This document shows, in pieces, positions 37,085-49,745 of a stretch of DNA of 64,000 nucleotides (the stretch's first letter is position 1; the number at the start of each line of letters is the position of its first letter). This stretch comes from Hydrolagus affinis (lineage: Eukaryota). A model generated the notes under the pieces. It was not told where the DNA came from and did no database searches. It saw only the letters and a program-made list of their open reading frames with translations. The DNA lies in assembly GCA_012026655.1 (NCBI GenBank), contig JAAILG010000505.1, forward strand, positions 1 to 64,000, given 5' to 3'. The translations under genes were made by a program, and so were the position numbers.

Positions 37085-37439
37085 TAATAATAATCCTTGC
37101 ATTTGATACAGTGCTTTAACATGTCGTTGAGATGTCTCAAAGCATTTCACAGAACATGGTGTAAAATGTAATGTGAATCAATTGTATATTTTGTGGGCGA
37201 TAAGCGACACTAAATTGTGCACAGCAGTTTCCCACTAACAGTTGTCGATTGAGTGACCAATTTATTATTTTTCTTTGAAGGAATTATTACCCCCAGGGAA
37301 GTGATCCACTAATCGACTAACAGTTGGATACTGACTTACTGCTAAGTAAACAGAGCTGTGTGGAGTAAGGAAACTTACTCAATATTTCTCCCTGTCGGGA
37401 ATCGAACCCAGGTCTCTAACCATCAGGCTACAGGACTCT
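37085..37439 (-). mobile_element. tRNA-derived SINE, long variant (deletion in head)
   Basis: Shares the gatccactaatcgactaacagttgg..gtaaacagagc segment with the 8129-8483 copy. Tail and head remnants present. Confidence 0.87.
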
Positions 37440-38519
37440 AGGACGTAAGCTCCTTGCCAGAGAGTGGTGCGAGTATGTACAACAATAAAATAGTACAATA
37501 GTAAATTTGAAACCAAGTTGGCGGTGGATGGCCCTTAAATAGTTGATGTTTAGCTTGTGATGAAGATTCTTGTGATTTCACACTGAGAATCACAAAGGAC
37601 AGAAAATACTTCTTGTCTGTAGTTTATTGGTAAAATATAATGGGTTCTGATTGATTTGTTCTGAATGAAGAAGCGTCAGTCAAAAGAGAGTGAATTTCTT
37701 TGCCAGAATAGTTTGTCTACACAGGAAGTCTAAAGGCAATTTAGGAGACTGAGTAATTATTGTTGAGAGGCGATCATTGACAGTGGATATTCACCCCGCC
37801 CACCCCACATTTATTCACTTTAAAATTATATAATATATAAATTTGAGCATTTTTGACTGTTTGTTGAGATAAATAATGTACAGGCCTAAATGGATTCATG
37901 AATTATTTACAAAATAAATTATCTGATATTTATTTTTCATTTTCCAATATTTCAAAATTTCATTATTTTGGCAAACAGTCTCAAGATTAGTATCGGAAAC
38001 TACAGGAAAATTCATTGTATCAAACTGCTAAGTCTTCAAGTGTTGGAATTGTAAGTTTACATGCATCAGGCAGGATACGAATTTAGGGCAATAAAACAAA
38101 TCTGGTCATATTTTGCAAATGCCTCTTTTAATAAGAGTCCTTTTTCATGCTAATGGTTTTCATTTCAGTGCAAGACAAGTAAAACTGTATGAGTTTCACG
38201 TACGGACGGTGCTTGAGGCTTGATGTATATCAGCAATGCACTTAGACATTTATAGATAGATTCAGATTGCCTGGTACTGTAAGGCGTAGGCTGACTGGTA
38301 TCCTAAAACTACAGATCCTTTCCTCCAGTAGATTCCAAATTGAAATTCCGCTTCTCTAATTTGGGTGGGTGGTGTTTTTGCACTCAGTATCAGGTGCGGG
38401 GAAGAAGTGCTTACCAATTCATTGGGATTACATCCCCAATTCATTTAATCACAAAATAAGAGTTAAAGTTGCGTAAGAATCATGTTGCATCCTATTATGT
38501 TAGATGATGTTTTATATTA

Positions 38520-38610
38520 ACAGTATATTCTGTGAAGCGCTTTGAGACATAGATAAAATGTGAGAACTGCTATATCAAATGCAAGGATTATTATTATTAT
38601 TATTATTATT
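38520..38610 (+). mobile_element. 3' fragment of the tRNA-derived SINE
   Basis: acagtatattctgtgaagcgctttgagac..tcaaatgcaaggatt(att)n. Confidence 0.78.
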
Positions 38611-39339
38611 GGTTGTCACTGCAAGCTTGCGACATACGATCTGTCGATTATTGTACCAGGAGTTTGGAAATGATAACTAGAGCAGGTGTCTAAAATGGAC
38701 AGAATATGGTCAGTGTAATTCTGAGGTTACTCTGATTTGTCTTCCGTAAATTACCCTTTGTTATATTGTGTTTTTATATGTTAAAAATAAAGAACACTGC
38801 ATAAAAAGTAAAGGTAAACTTCAATATTCCAGTTCTGATGCGGGGTGGGACTGTCCCACAATTTGACTGTCTATATAAATATAATGTTAGAACCAACAGA
38901 CCTTCTGCTCACCTGAGCTGCGAGTCCTGGTTGTCATTTCTCTTCTGACAAGTGATTAGCAATGACAGTGAACTAGAGATTTTTTGATATGCACCTTCTG
39001 TGACTCGTTGCTTCATGAAATTTACTGACGACGGTTTTAGCCAGGTCTTTCAATAAGCTTCCTCAAGGAAATGAGAGACAAAATTAATAATGTTCTGATT
39101 CATTTTTTTTCAAAGTCCATAAAAACTTTAATTGTTTCTGTGATACGAAGTACATTACATATTATATACCCCCAAGCCAATGAACTAGACATTACAGAGA
39201 ATTAATTTAGCTGTGCCATTTGTGGACTGAAGATGACCAGAAGCCAAGTACAAGGCGGAAGTAAGGGATAATTAAAAGCCGAGTCATTCTGATTGCTTAG
39301 CTCCTGATTTCAGCTGCCCTTGACTGAGGATATGAAGCA

Positions 39340-39728
39340 TTGCATTTGATATAGCATATAGTCAAAGTGCTTCACAGGATTTTGGGGGTAAGTGTGGTGC
39401 CTGCATATTTGTAAGTGAATGCATCAGTCAATTTGCACAATGTAATATCCCACAAAGAGCCAAAAAGTGAATGACCAATTTTATCTGGGAGAATGTTGAC
39501 AGGGACACTGGGAGAACATTTATTCTCTTTTCAATTAGTACCATGTGCTTTTTAATAGCCACCTCAACAGGCAGACGGAGCCTGGGTTTAACTTTTCATC
39601 TGAAAGATGACAATGCAACCCTCTCCCAGGAGTGTAGTGCAGACTATGAGCTGAAAGTCCCATTGTGGTACTTGTACCCGCAACCTTCTGACTCAGAGTT
39701 GAACTTTACCAATGGAGCAAAGCTGACC
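39340..39728 (-). mobile_element. Old DeuSINE (SacSINE1-like) copy
   Basis: Reverse complement of the head (aaccttctgactcagag..gcaaagctgacc), the Deu domain (caggcagacggagcctgggtttaacttttcatctgaaagatg) and the tail. Confidence 0.75.
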
Positions 39729-39751
39729 GTCTTGAGGATGTGAAAAACAAA

Positions 39752-39915
39752 CAATAATAAATTGGTCATTTGATTCATTGACTGTTTGTGAGGACACTGC
39801 TGTGTGCAATTGGCTGCCGCGTTTCTCCCACAAATATGGTATATTCTGTAAAATGCTTTGAGGTGTCTAGATGACGTGAAAAGCACTGTATCAAATGCAA
39901 GGATTATTATTATTA
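39752..39915 (+). mobile_element. 5'-truncated tRNA-derived SINE
   Basis: ataaattggtcatt..tgctgtgtgcaattggctgccgcgttt..tcaaatgcaaggattattattatta. Confidence 0.82.
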
Positions 39916-42900
39916 TGTATCATGATATGGAGAAAATGCATTTAGGAGAGTTCTCTGAATATAGTACAGGCAACATTACTATTGGAAAAAATTACAACCA
40001 GAAAGTTAATGACCTACGGTGGAAACATGTTTTTCTTTCTTCCAATTTGTGGATGACTGATTTGTTAGTGGCGAAGTTGGATCTACAGTAGATTCATTTT
40101 TGAATCCTTTGTTCGTTGTTTCGCTAAACAGTAATGCATTCTTTAACTATACTCAGTAAGCTTTGCATGGTAAAAATATTACATTTGTAACATATCGTTG
40201 ATATTTTGAAGCTTCCTCCAGAAGGCTCATTGACAACAGGATATTTCTTCGGGAGCATGAGATAGGAAGAGACTTGCCTCACTGTCACATTCAGTATTCA
40301 GTTCAGTGTGCCTGTAAATGATGATAACTCTTCTCCCTTTGTTCTGCAAACACAGTGATTTCCACAGTTATTGTTAAATATGTCTGTGAAAGAAAAGCTA
40401 ACATTGAATGTTTAATGAGGAAAGTCACAAGGAACAGTTGCTTCAATTCAGTTTCAGTTGCATCAGAAATGTCTTGTTCCATTGCCTGTTTTCATAACGT
40501 TGCTGTTACAATTCGCTAAAACATGCCACACAATTTAATTCTATGATGATAAATTAGTCAGTCAAGTGTCGTGGTGACGTAGATTTCCCAATCCACATCG
40601 GATGATGATTATGCTTATTTCATTCTAACTTGATGTTAGAATGTTAATCAATTTAGTTTGAATACAGTGCCAACATTTTTTGGGGGTTGGGGTGGGACTG
40701 ATTAGACCAAGGTGTCCAATCTCTAAATAAGTGTTTATTGATTTACATGGTTGAAGTTCGACATGGGGCAAACAAGCATTCAATGAAAGTTATGTTTGCT
40801 CTGATTTTAACTTGAGTGCAAATCATACGTGTGGAAACTACTGGAATTACTGGTTCTTGCTGCCAAATCTTCTCCTATGCTGCATCCATTCCATTTGTAG
40901 CCACTCTTTGGTTATTTAATTATTTGATCATTTTCAAATGCATAAAGATTTCAACCATGGCAATGTTACAGTCAGCACATACACATAGCTCGAATACTCT
41001 GCTCAGTTTGCCCACTTGAGTTGGAAATCTATGGATGTACCTACCAGTGATTTACTGCACCAATGAATTACAGGACTAAAATGATCCTCTTGTAGGTGTT
41101 CTTAGTTTGTGTTATGCATGTCCTCTCTTTCTGTTTAACTATAGGTGAGGTTAAAAACACACAGATGGTTAAGATGTAGAGATTTGGGTACAGAGAGCCT
41201 GAGTTGGTTTTGAATCAGTACAAGCCAAGAGGCCTCATGCTGTAATTCATATCTGACCATCTGTTTATTTTCTATGCTAAACACAAGGTACTTTTCCCCA
41301 CTCTTATCATTTGTGTCTATTGCCTTTCCTGGTGAGGTGACTGCACGTGAGAGGATGTGATAATTAAAAGCAATGGGTGTGTGGAAGAAATTAATGAGTA
41401 AGTAACAAAAGGTCCAACATTATAGTAATACCCGAAAACAGTTTAAAGGATCTTGCATTCAGACAATATAGTAAAACAATTTTTTAAAGTGTCTACATAT
41501 ATAATTTGTATTCCTCTAATATTCTATTTACTTAAATTCTAAAAGAAAACCAATCCTGGTTAAAACAACAACAAATTACATTTGTAGAGTACATTTCTCT
41601 TCGATCCATTGGACATATGTGGAAATGGGTCAGAGTTTACCAGTGAAGGATTCCATTTGCACTTGATGTCCATTTTCTTGTGTAACTTGGTTATCCCAGA
41701 TGATGGATTTAACTACATCTTAATTTTATCAATATACATAGAGCCTCTCTGAAAAGCTATCTTTGGGAGTTGTGACAAATTAATGTTCAATATCATAGTA
41801 AAGGTTTGGATTTTTTTTAAAACTTTGACCCATTTCATATAATCTTTCCAGAATTCCAACATCTTTATTATCATCTTTACATTCATATATCAAGCTGTTA
41901 TTTAAATATAGTAAACCCCTGATAACTCATAATTCCAAGGGAAAAGGGCTCAGTGACAAGTCGTCTGAAGTGCCACGTTAGATATATATATATATATACA
42001 CAGTACATCAATAAATTGAGTTATCGGTAGTTTGCTGTAAGCCCAGCGTTCTGACTTCAACTCCGTTTTTGTATCCTGTTTAAGAGGCCGGTTACCCTTT
42101 ATATAAATAAATACTTCCTTGTATTTGTCCTGCACATTCTTGAATTTTGACTGTTGTGTATTCCAGCCTCCCGGCAACGAATACACCCTAGAGTTTAATC
42201 TTCATTTGTCTTTTATTTCAATTACTTTAGTGAGCAAAACATTTTGCAGAAAACTCCCAACAATGTGTATAGCAAAATGATTTGCTCTTCCAGGAACCAG
42301 GGATAACTAATGAAAATATTATTAAATGGGTGTAAGTTTCTCCTCTAACCAATAGCCTGAGGGCAATTCATTATTTTGTCTACTCTTCAGACTTTGCAAG
42401 CATGGTTCAGGGAGTGCTGTGGGTGGGATGGAGAACCTTCCTAAATTCAATTACTGCCTTATTATCAGACATGCATTATCCGACCTTTATTCTCTGAGCA
42501 CTGTTGGTGTTTCGTACCAAGCAAAGTAAACAATAACAAGGCACCAAATGATCTTCTGTACTTTTGACACATTCTAAACCATCTCCTAATGCTACTAATA
42601 AATGATGTAAGAAGAACTGCCCTTGAGAACAAAATGATGACCACAGCTGTACTGTGTGCAAGTATGGTTGTATAGTAATATTCCTGACAGATCAAACATT
42701 GACATGTAAAATACTATAGGGGATCGTACTTTCTTAATTTTAAATTAAACCAGAACCTAATGTTGAAAGATTGCACGTTAATCGTCATGTATATTTTATA
42801 GTTTTAAGAAAACAAACCAGAAGTGCACAAGTCCCAATTAATTTCATGTGTATGCTTTTATGGCTATGATAGCAATTTGTTTTATGTAACAATAGTAAAA

Positions 42901-44675
42901 TGTAGTCATGCTTGGCAAATTGAATTAATCAAATAGTAATAAGGCTTAAAATTAAACTGAAAAATAACCTAGTTGTCGAACAGGCAAAAGATGTGCTGTG
43001 TTTCTCTTGGGGTTAAAAAAAAACAAGCTTGACAATGGATTTCATCAGTCAATTTGAATTGTAAGAAAAAAAGTCCAAATCATCATAGGATTGTAGTTTC
43101 TGAGTGAACAGTAATTTGGTGTTAAATTTATATTAACATTTGGGCACTAAAAATAAGTAGACGTGGATGTCAAATTTTAATTACTATTGTTCTGCAAACA
43201 TTTGTACAATATTTACACAAATTTACACAGAGCCTTGTGACGTCCTCCCAACGTGAAAGGCACTCTATAAATGCAATGTTGTTGTTGTAATAGAAAGTCA
43301 CCTGTACTTATGTTGGTTAGATTACAGTAATCTGAAGTATCTGTCCATTTACACTTTCATTAATTCAAAACTGACTTTCATTTCCCATGGACTTTCATTA
43401 AAAGCATAACTTGGTTAATCTAGTTGTGAAGACAGTAGCCACAGTTATCAGGCAGTATATCCAGGAGAGGGGGAGAAAGAGGAGAGAAATTAGAATCAAA
43501 AAGGTATAGATTTAGCTGGTTCATAGTTATGTGCCACCCACATGTTGCCACAATTGACAATATTTTACTTTTTATTCCTCCATTCTTTTGGAATGAGCAG
43601 ACTCTCCGAGTACAGTGGAAACATATTTTAATGGTATGGATCATTAAGATAGGATCTAGCCAGAGGCATACTGTACTGCTGGGGAACAATATATAGAGAA
43701 TTGTTAAGAATTCTTATACAGTGGAATCTCAGTAATCTGGCACGGTTGGACCCACTCACCTCCAGGATTTCGGAGTTTGCTGGTTCAGTAGATATTAAAA
43801 GTTATTTTGGGCAAGACAAGTTAGAAAGAAATTAGCTACTTGCTTAAATGAATTCCTTTTATTTTACAAAAAGCTATCGTCACTGAACTATGTTTGTGCC
43901 GAATCCTGTCAAGAAAGCAACTTGTGGTGTAGACGGTAGTCCTTTTAAAAATGTATTTGGATTCACCATGTATCATGTCCTCTAATCCTTCAATCATCAT
44001 CGGTAGTGGGTTTCTTTGCACTCAGAAATTAATGTTGAGCCAACCAATTGCTATATACTGTACTGCAAATCTGCAATTGGTTGATTTACATGTTCCCATT
44101 GACTGGGAGAGAATATCTGGTCCGCTAATCACCACTAGTTAGAAGAGCAGTGACTGACACACGGTGTCAGTCACTCTGAAGAGAAGCATGACTGAAGAAG
44201 AGCACAGGACTCCCACCTCTTCAAACAGTGTGATCTTTGGCGATTTTGCCTCTGCAGACGAGCTTTTCATTTTCTCACTTGCTTGATTTTAGCATAAGTA
44301 ATGAAAACCATAGGGTTAAGAGTCTTTTCAGTTTGGTACAAGCGAATAGAAATTCAGCAGCAACAGAAAAGTGCCCATAAAGGTCAATAACATTGAGATA
44401 TTTATTACAAACGCTTATAGAATAGCTCACAGTAATTCTGCTTCCAAAGCATAGAATGAAAAGTAACCCGTTAGGTACTTCTATTCCTTTATTGATTTGG
44501 GGATATAGCCATGTAATAATAATAATACTGATCATCCTTGCAATCAAGTGGGTTCTGCAGTACTCCAGGGTAATAATACTAATCATCCTTGCAGATAGCA
44601 CATTATGGAACATCCTCCCGATGTGAAAGGCACTATACAGATGTAATTTTGTTGTTCTTGTATCGGGTCGTTGCT

Positions 44676-45042
44676 CTCAAAGCACTTCACGGGAAATACT
44701 GTAAAGTGGATTTTTTTTGTCGGCAAACATGACATCTAATTTGCATACAGCAATATCCATGGAGTGAGTGACCAATTTTGTTTGAGGAATTGTTGGCCAG
44801 AACCCCAGGAGAAACTCCCTTCACTTTTCAAATAGTGCCATTGGATCTTTAACGTCCACCTGGCAGATGTGACCTCGGTTCAACATTTCATCTGAAGGAT
44901 GGGATCTCCGATAATACAACACACTCCCACCATTACTTTGGAGTGTCAGCTTAGACCAGATGGTACCAAGTTCCGACATGGAGCTTGAACCCACGACCAT
45001 CTGATTCTGAGGTGAATGTGCTAACACTGCTCCTGGCTGACA
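44676..45042 (-). mobile_element. Old DeuSINE (SacSINE1-like) copy
   Basis: aaatagtgccattggatctttaacgtccacct..cctcggttcaacatttcatctgaagga..ggagtgtcagc..cttgaacccacgaccatctgattctgagg..ggctgacac. Confidence 0.8.
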
Positions 45043-47302
45043 CACTGAGACGTATATCCCAGAAGACTACATCACTCCTTATAATGTTGTGTTCTGTTGA
45101 AATCGACTGGAAAGCATTTGAGAATTCAGAAAAAATTATCTTTCGTCCCCATGACACTGATCCAGAAAATAGTGAGCCAACCCTCTGGCTTTGGTGTCAC
45201 TTAGCGGAATTCATGAACTTCAAGCATAATGCCATAATTATACTGTACTTAGATCTGCTGTTATAATTGAGGCTTTGTGTGTTGGTTGTGATATGTCGTT
45301 GTATTGGATGCTTCCAGTGGGACAAGGCTTTGCTGTGAAGATTATATTTTCACATTTGTATTCATGGAGAAATATTTTAATTTATTTTAATGCACGCTAG
45401 GCCAGTGCCTGAAACAGCAGGAGAGCTGTTTATGTCAGGATTTGTGACTTTGCCAGTAACAAATATTCCTTTAAAGAAAATAAAGCATGATATTTCCTTT
45501 CTTCTGTTTGATTATCAGAAAAAAGTAGCAACTAATCAATAGATATATTTTTTAAATCCATAAAATCCAGCTGCTCTTTTCAAAGCGCCGGCACAGACTC
45601 AATGGGCCGAATGGCCTCCTTTTGTGCCGTAAAATTCTATATGCATTTGTAGATTGGGTGGAACTCATGCTTTTCCAAATGGGTGTTTGCACATTTTTGC
45701 TGAATAACCGTCTTCCTCAGGGAGAAGGTAAGCAGGGCCCCCTTGGAGCTGAGCTAGCTCTAAGGTGACATGCTTAACAACGGAATGTCAGAGTTTCATC
45801 AACCCTTTCTGGCAGTCTCGGTAGCCTGGTTCTTGTATCAAGTGGGCTCTGTAGTACTCCAGGGTACGTTGGTTGACAGTGCAGCCAGCCTGGCTAATTA
45901 GCAGGACTCGGTGAGGCAGACAGTGGGAGCATGTGTTCTCCCCTCAGCTCCTGTTAACCCTGCAAACCAAATAACTTAATGTGTAGGAAGGGTTTTCCTC
46001 ACTGAACAAGCAGCAGAAAGCTTGGCAGACAGTACTCTCAAGGTCAAGCTTTGCAGTTATAGTTTATTGAACTCCAGCAGTACTGCAACGCATACCCCAC
46101 ACTCCCCAAGCTTTAGCCCCTAATATTCTCCAGAAGTAGGTAAGCAAGGTTTGTACCTTCAGGGAGAGAGTGTGCATTCCATTCCAGATCCACAAACATT
46201 TTCAAATGAAGATGGCATACATATGCAGAATTATTTGTGGTTTCTGCATGTGTCAGATACTCCATTGACTGAAACAACAAGAAGATAACAACAAACAACA
46301 AGTAGAATTTTTATTTTAAAAGTTCTTGGTGGAGACACCTGGGGGTCTAAGCCATCAATTTGGGTGGTGTGTATCTGGTATAGGAGTGTAAAACTAGACA
46401 ATTTCTATTTCATATAGATCTCACACTGCCTTACAGTTATTTTATTTTTGTGGCATTTTAGCAAGACTACACAATGCCATTTAGCATAGGGTAAAATAAA
46501 AAGGGCTGAACAGGGAAGAAAAATAAAAGATGAGACATAGAGAATACAGGTGGTTTATTTAAAATGCCTACATTAAGTTAAAAAGTGGAATTTACAGAGT
46601 TAATATCACAGAAATTAAGTTATCCTGATGTCTGAATATTCCTTTCAATGAAAATCTACAGAACTGGAGTCACTTTGAGGGTTAATTGAAAATTGTTCCT
46701 TTGGTTACAAGGCTAAAGTAAAAGAATGAATATTCTGATTACACCAAAGACCATTTATCCGAGAGACATTTGTATTGTCAATTATTAAACCAGTCATTAA
46801 AGGGGGAAATAATTTAGTTGAAGACTCATTTGGTTATACTCCAGGTTAATTGAGCTGTTCTGTATAAATTAAACTTAGGAAAGCTGTTAACTTATGAATG
46901 GTAATTTCTGCAATGTTTTGTTTTTATTTAACTGAATGCTTTTGCTAATTCATTTCTTGGCAGGCGTTTAGGCAAGTGTTTGAGTACAGTTAGATCAGTG
47001 GTGGCTAACCTTTTTGGTCGGAAAACAAAATCAATTTTCTTGATTGAAATTTCTTGATTTATACCATTTGTGCCATTCACAACTGTTTGTGAGATACTGC
47101 TACGTGAAAATTAGCAAAACCCACAGAGTCACTGCACTGTAAGGTATATTTTGTGAAGTGCTTGCAGACATCTTCCTAGCCTGAAAGGCGCCATACTGAA
47201 TATAAGGATTATTATTAATATTTTAAGCTCTTGATGATGGTTACAGTAATGTATAGCAAGTATGTGGAATTGAAAGTGACAAATGTTATTAGCTGGTGAA
47301 AT

Positions 47303-47675
47303 ACATTAGAATATGCAGCACAGAAGCAGGCCATTCGGCCCAACTGGTCTGTGCCAGCGTTTACGCTCCACATGAGCCTCCTCCTGCCCTTCCTCAACTG
47401 ACCCTACAAAGCATGACATTCTATTCCTTTTTCCCTCATGTACCTATCTAGCTTTCTCTTAAATACATCTATGCTATTTGCCTCAACAACTCCTCATGGC
47501 AGCAAGTTCCACATTCCCATTACTCTTTTCCTAAAGCAATTTCTTCTAACTTCCCTATTTGATCTATTTTTTGACAATTTTATATTGATGGCCCTTGGAT
47601 TTGGTCCCCCACACAAGTGGAAAATCTTCCCCATGTCCACCCTATCAAATCCTTTCATGATTTTAAAGACCTCTA
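47303..47675 (-). mobile_element. CR1 LINE 3' end (ORF2 C-terminus plus 3'UTR), 5'-truncated
   Basis: ORF 47494..47727 reads EVFKIMKGFDRVDMGKIF...RNCFRKRVMGMWNLLP; 3'UTR acagaagcaggccattcggccc. Confidence 0.88.
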
Positions 47676-49539
47676 AACAGCACATACCTTTCTTTGCATC
47701 TTTGTATGGAGTTCTGGGGCAAAACATTAATAATTTTTTTATGACTAGGAAAGGAATAATATCTGGATCTCACTTTATGCTTCCTTGCCTTTTAATTGCA
47801 TTTTTAACAAGGCAGCCAGTATAACTAAAGTGATAAATCATGACCTAATGGTCAATATTGAACTGCTTTTTTTAAAATCACATTGCACTTACTAATTTTA
47901 GTTTAAGCAGGAATCCCCACAATAGATGTGTAGGTATAATCTAGAATGTCGCATTTCTATTTATACAGCACCCTTCATTATTGGATAATGCCTCAGAGCA
48001 CTTCACAGTAGGAGGGTGCAATGCTAAACAGCTTGAACATTTTGAAATACAGGAATTATTTTCCATATTCATGACGTGGTCATGATTTATCAGCTCTTCC
48101 TCTTGTGTAGAAATAAAGTAGATATTCCACTGTTCCTTGGAATCTATCAAGGAAGTAAATAAGTTTGAGCAGTCCAGCTACAGTCTGCTAAGCGTTGATA
48201 ATTGCTGCTTATTCAGCCATTGTTGTTGTGTGCGTTTTTTTTAATTTAAGTTTCTTACCTTTTTGTGGGGTCTCCCCAGGCTTGGCTGAGAAGCTGGGCA
48301 GCCAGATGGCTTCAAGACCATTTCTCATGCTGTTCCTCTTCTGTCAGCCAATGAAGAGATGCAGAAGAACAGCTTTGGTGATTCTCCCTCTCTCCCTCAC
48401 TGTGAGGAAGTGTCTGTCGCTTGCTTGTTGTTTCTCTCGGACAGCAGGACTGAAACCTGACATCGGGTGAACCACGGGAGTGATCTCCAGTCCTACCACT
48501 CCACAGAGTGGCATGTTGAAAGACCAATATGCTGAACTACCAACATATGTCTATCTGATGTGAACCAAAAGGCAGTCTGGGCTTTGTGTATGATTCGATT
48601 TCAGCAAGGAGATATGCAGCATGTTTCTCCCATATGAGGCTGTCATTCATTTGTTCTTTATGCAACGTAACTCATTCTTTCCCAAAACATAAAGCTATGG
48701 AACATTTTGCCTTGAACAATTCTTTCCTTCCTCCTATCTTCTACATAATTTTGATACCCAAACTTAGCAACACCTAATATTGTTAGGTGTTTCATTTTCT
48801 GTCCTACTCTTTTCAATACCTTGGTGTGTGTCCTGCGTCATGAACCCTTATGCTTAACTTCTTTTAGAAGATACGGTTTGAAGTTGCTAAAATACTTCAT
48901 GTAGAATTGACACAAAAGTTTGCTCTCTTTAAAATCTTCAAACTACATAGTCTGTCTAAAATGACAGTCATTTGAAAGCAGTGGTTTATGGGAATAAAAT
49001 CTCCTTACAACCCACAGATTCACTATCACAAATCCCTTTTGAGTGGTTTGCTTTCTGTAAACTATCATTTACCAACATGGATCCACCATCAAATTGAGTT
49101 TCTGCCTCATGTTCCACTGAAAATGAATTGGACAGGAAATCAATTTCAGGTGTATAGTTTATCATCAGTGGAAGCTCTTGATCAAACCCTTAGATCAACT
49201 TCCAACATTTTCTGAGAATAACAATACAGTACTTAATTAACATTTGTACTGAAATCTTCATGAAAATATTTGCCTGCGTCTATCCCTTGATACAGGTACT
49301 TAACCTTTACTTATCATAGAAACGTGAAAGGCACAATAGCAAACCCAAGGATTATTATTATTATTTAATGTTCAGCTTTATGTTGCTACTTTGACAGTTC
49401 TTCTGGAATTACTTTATTGTTTGGGAAATGATTTTCTTCATCTTGCAAAATATTAACTTGTCTGGAAATGTTGATATAAAAATAAAGATGCAAGCCATCC
49501 CCAACTATTCAAATGTGCCCTTCAGATTTGGCAGTAAAC

Positions 49540-49745
49540 CAGGTTGACCATACTTTCTGAACCAAACCCGGAGACAAGGATAAAAAAAACGCCTACAATC
49601 CTGATGCTGGCTGTTATTGGGGAAGCTTGTCGGATTCATGGCTGTATTTCTTGATGATTGTATCTGTTTTAGATATTTATTGTTCTTGGTTAGGCAAATA
49701 CAATACCTCATTCCAGGACAGTCCTAGAAATCGGAGACGTTTGAG
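49540..49745. mobile_element. Possible decayed hAT (Blackjack-like) MITE
   Basis: caggttgaccatactttctgaaccaaacccggagaca at the left and ccaggacagtcctagaaatcggagacgtttg at the right resemble AGGGTGACCATA..CCGGGACA termini. Confidence 0.3.
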
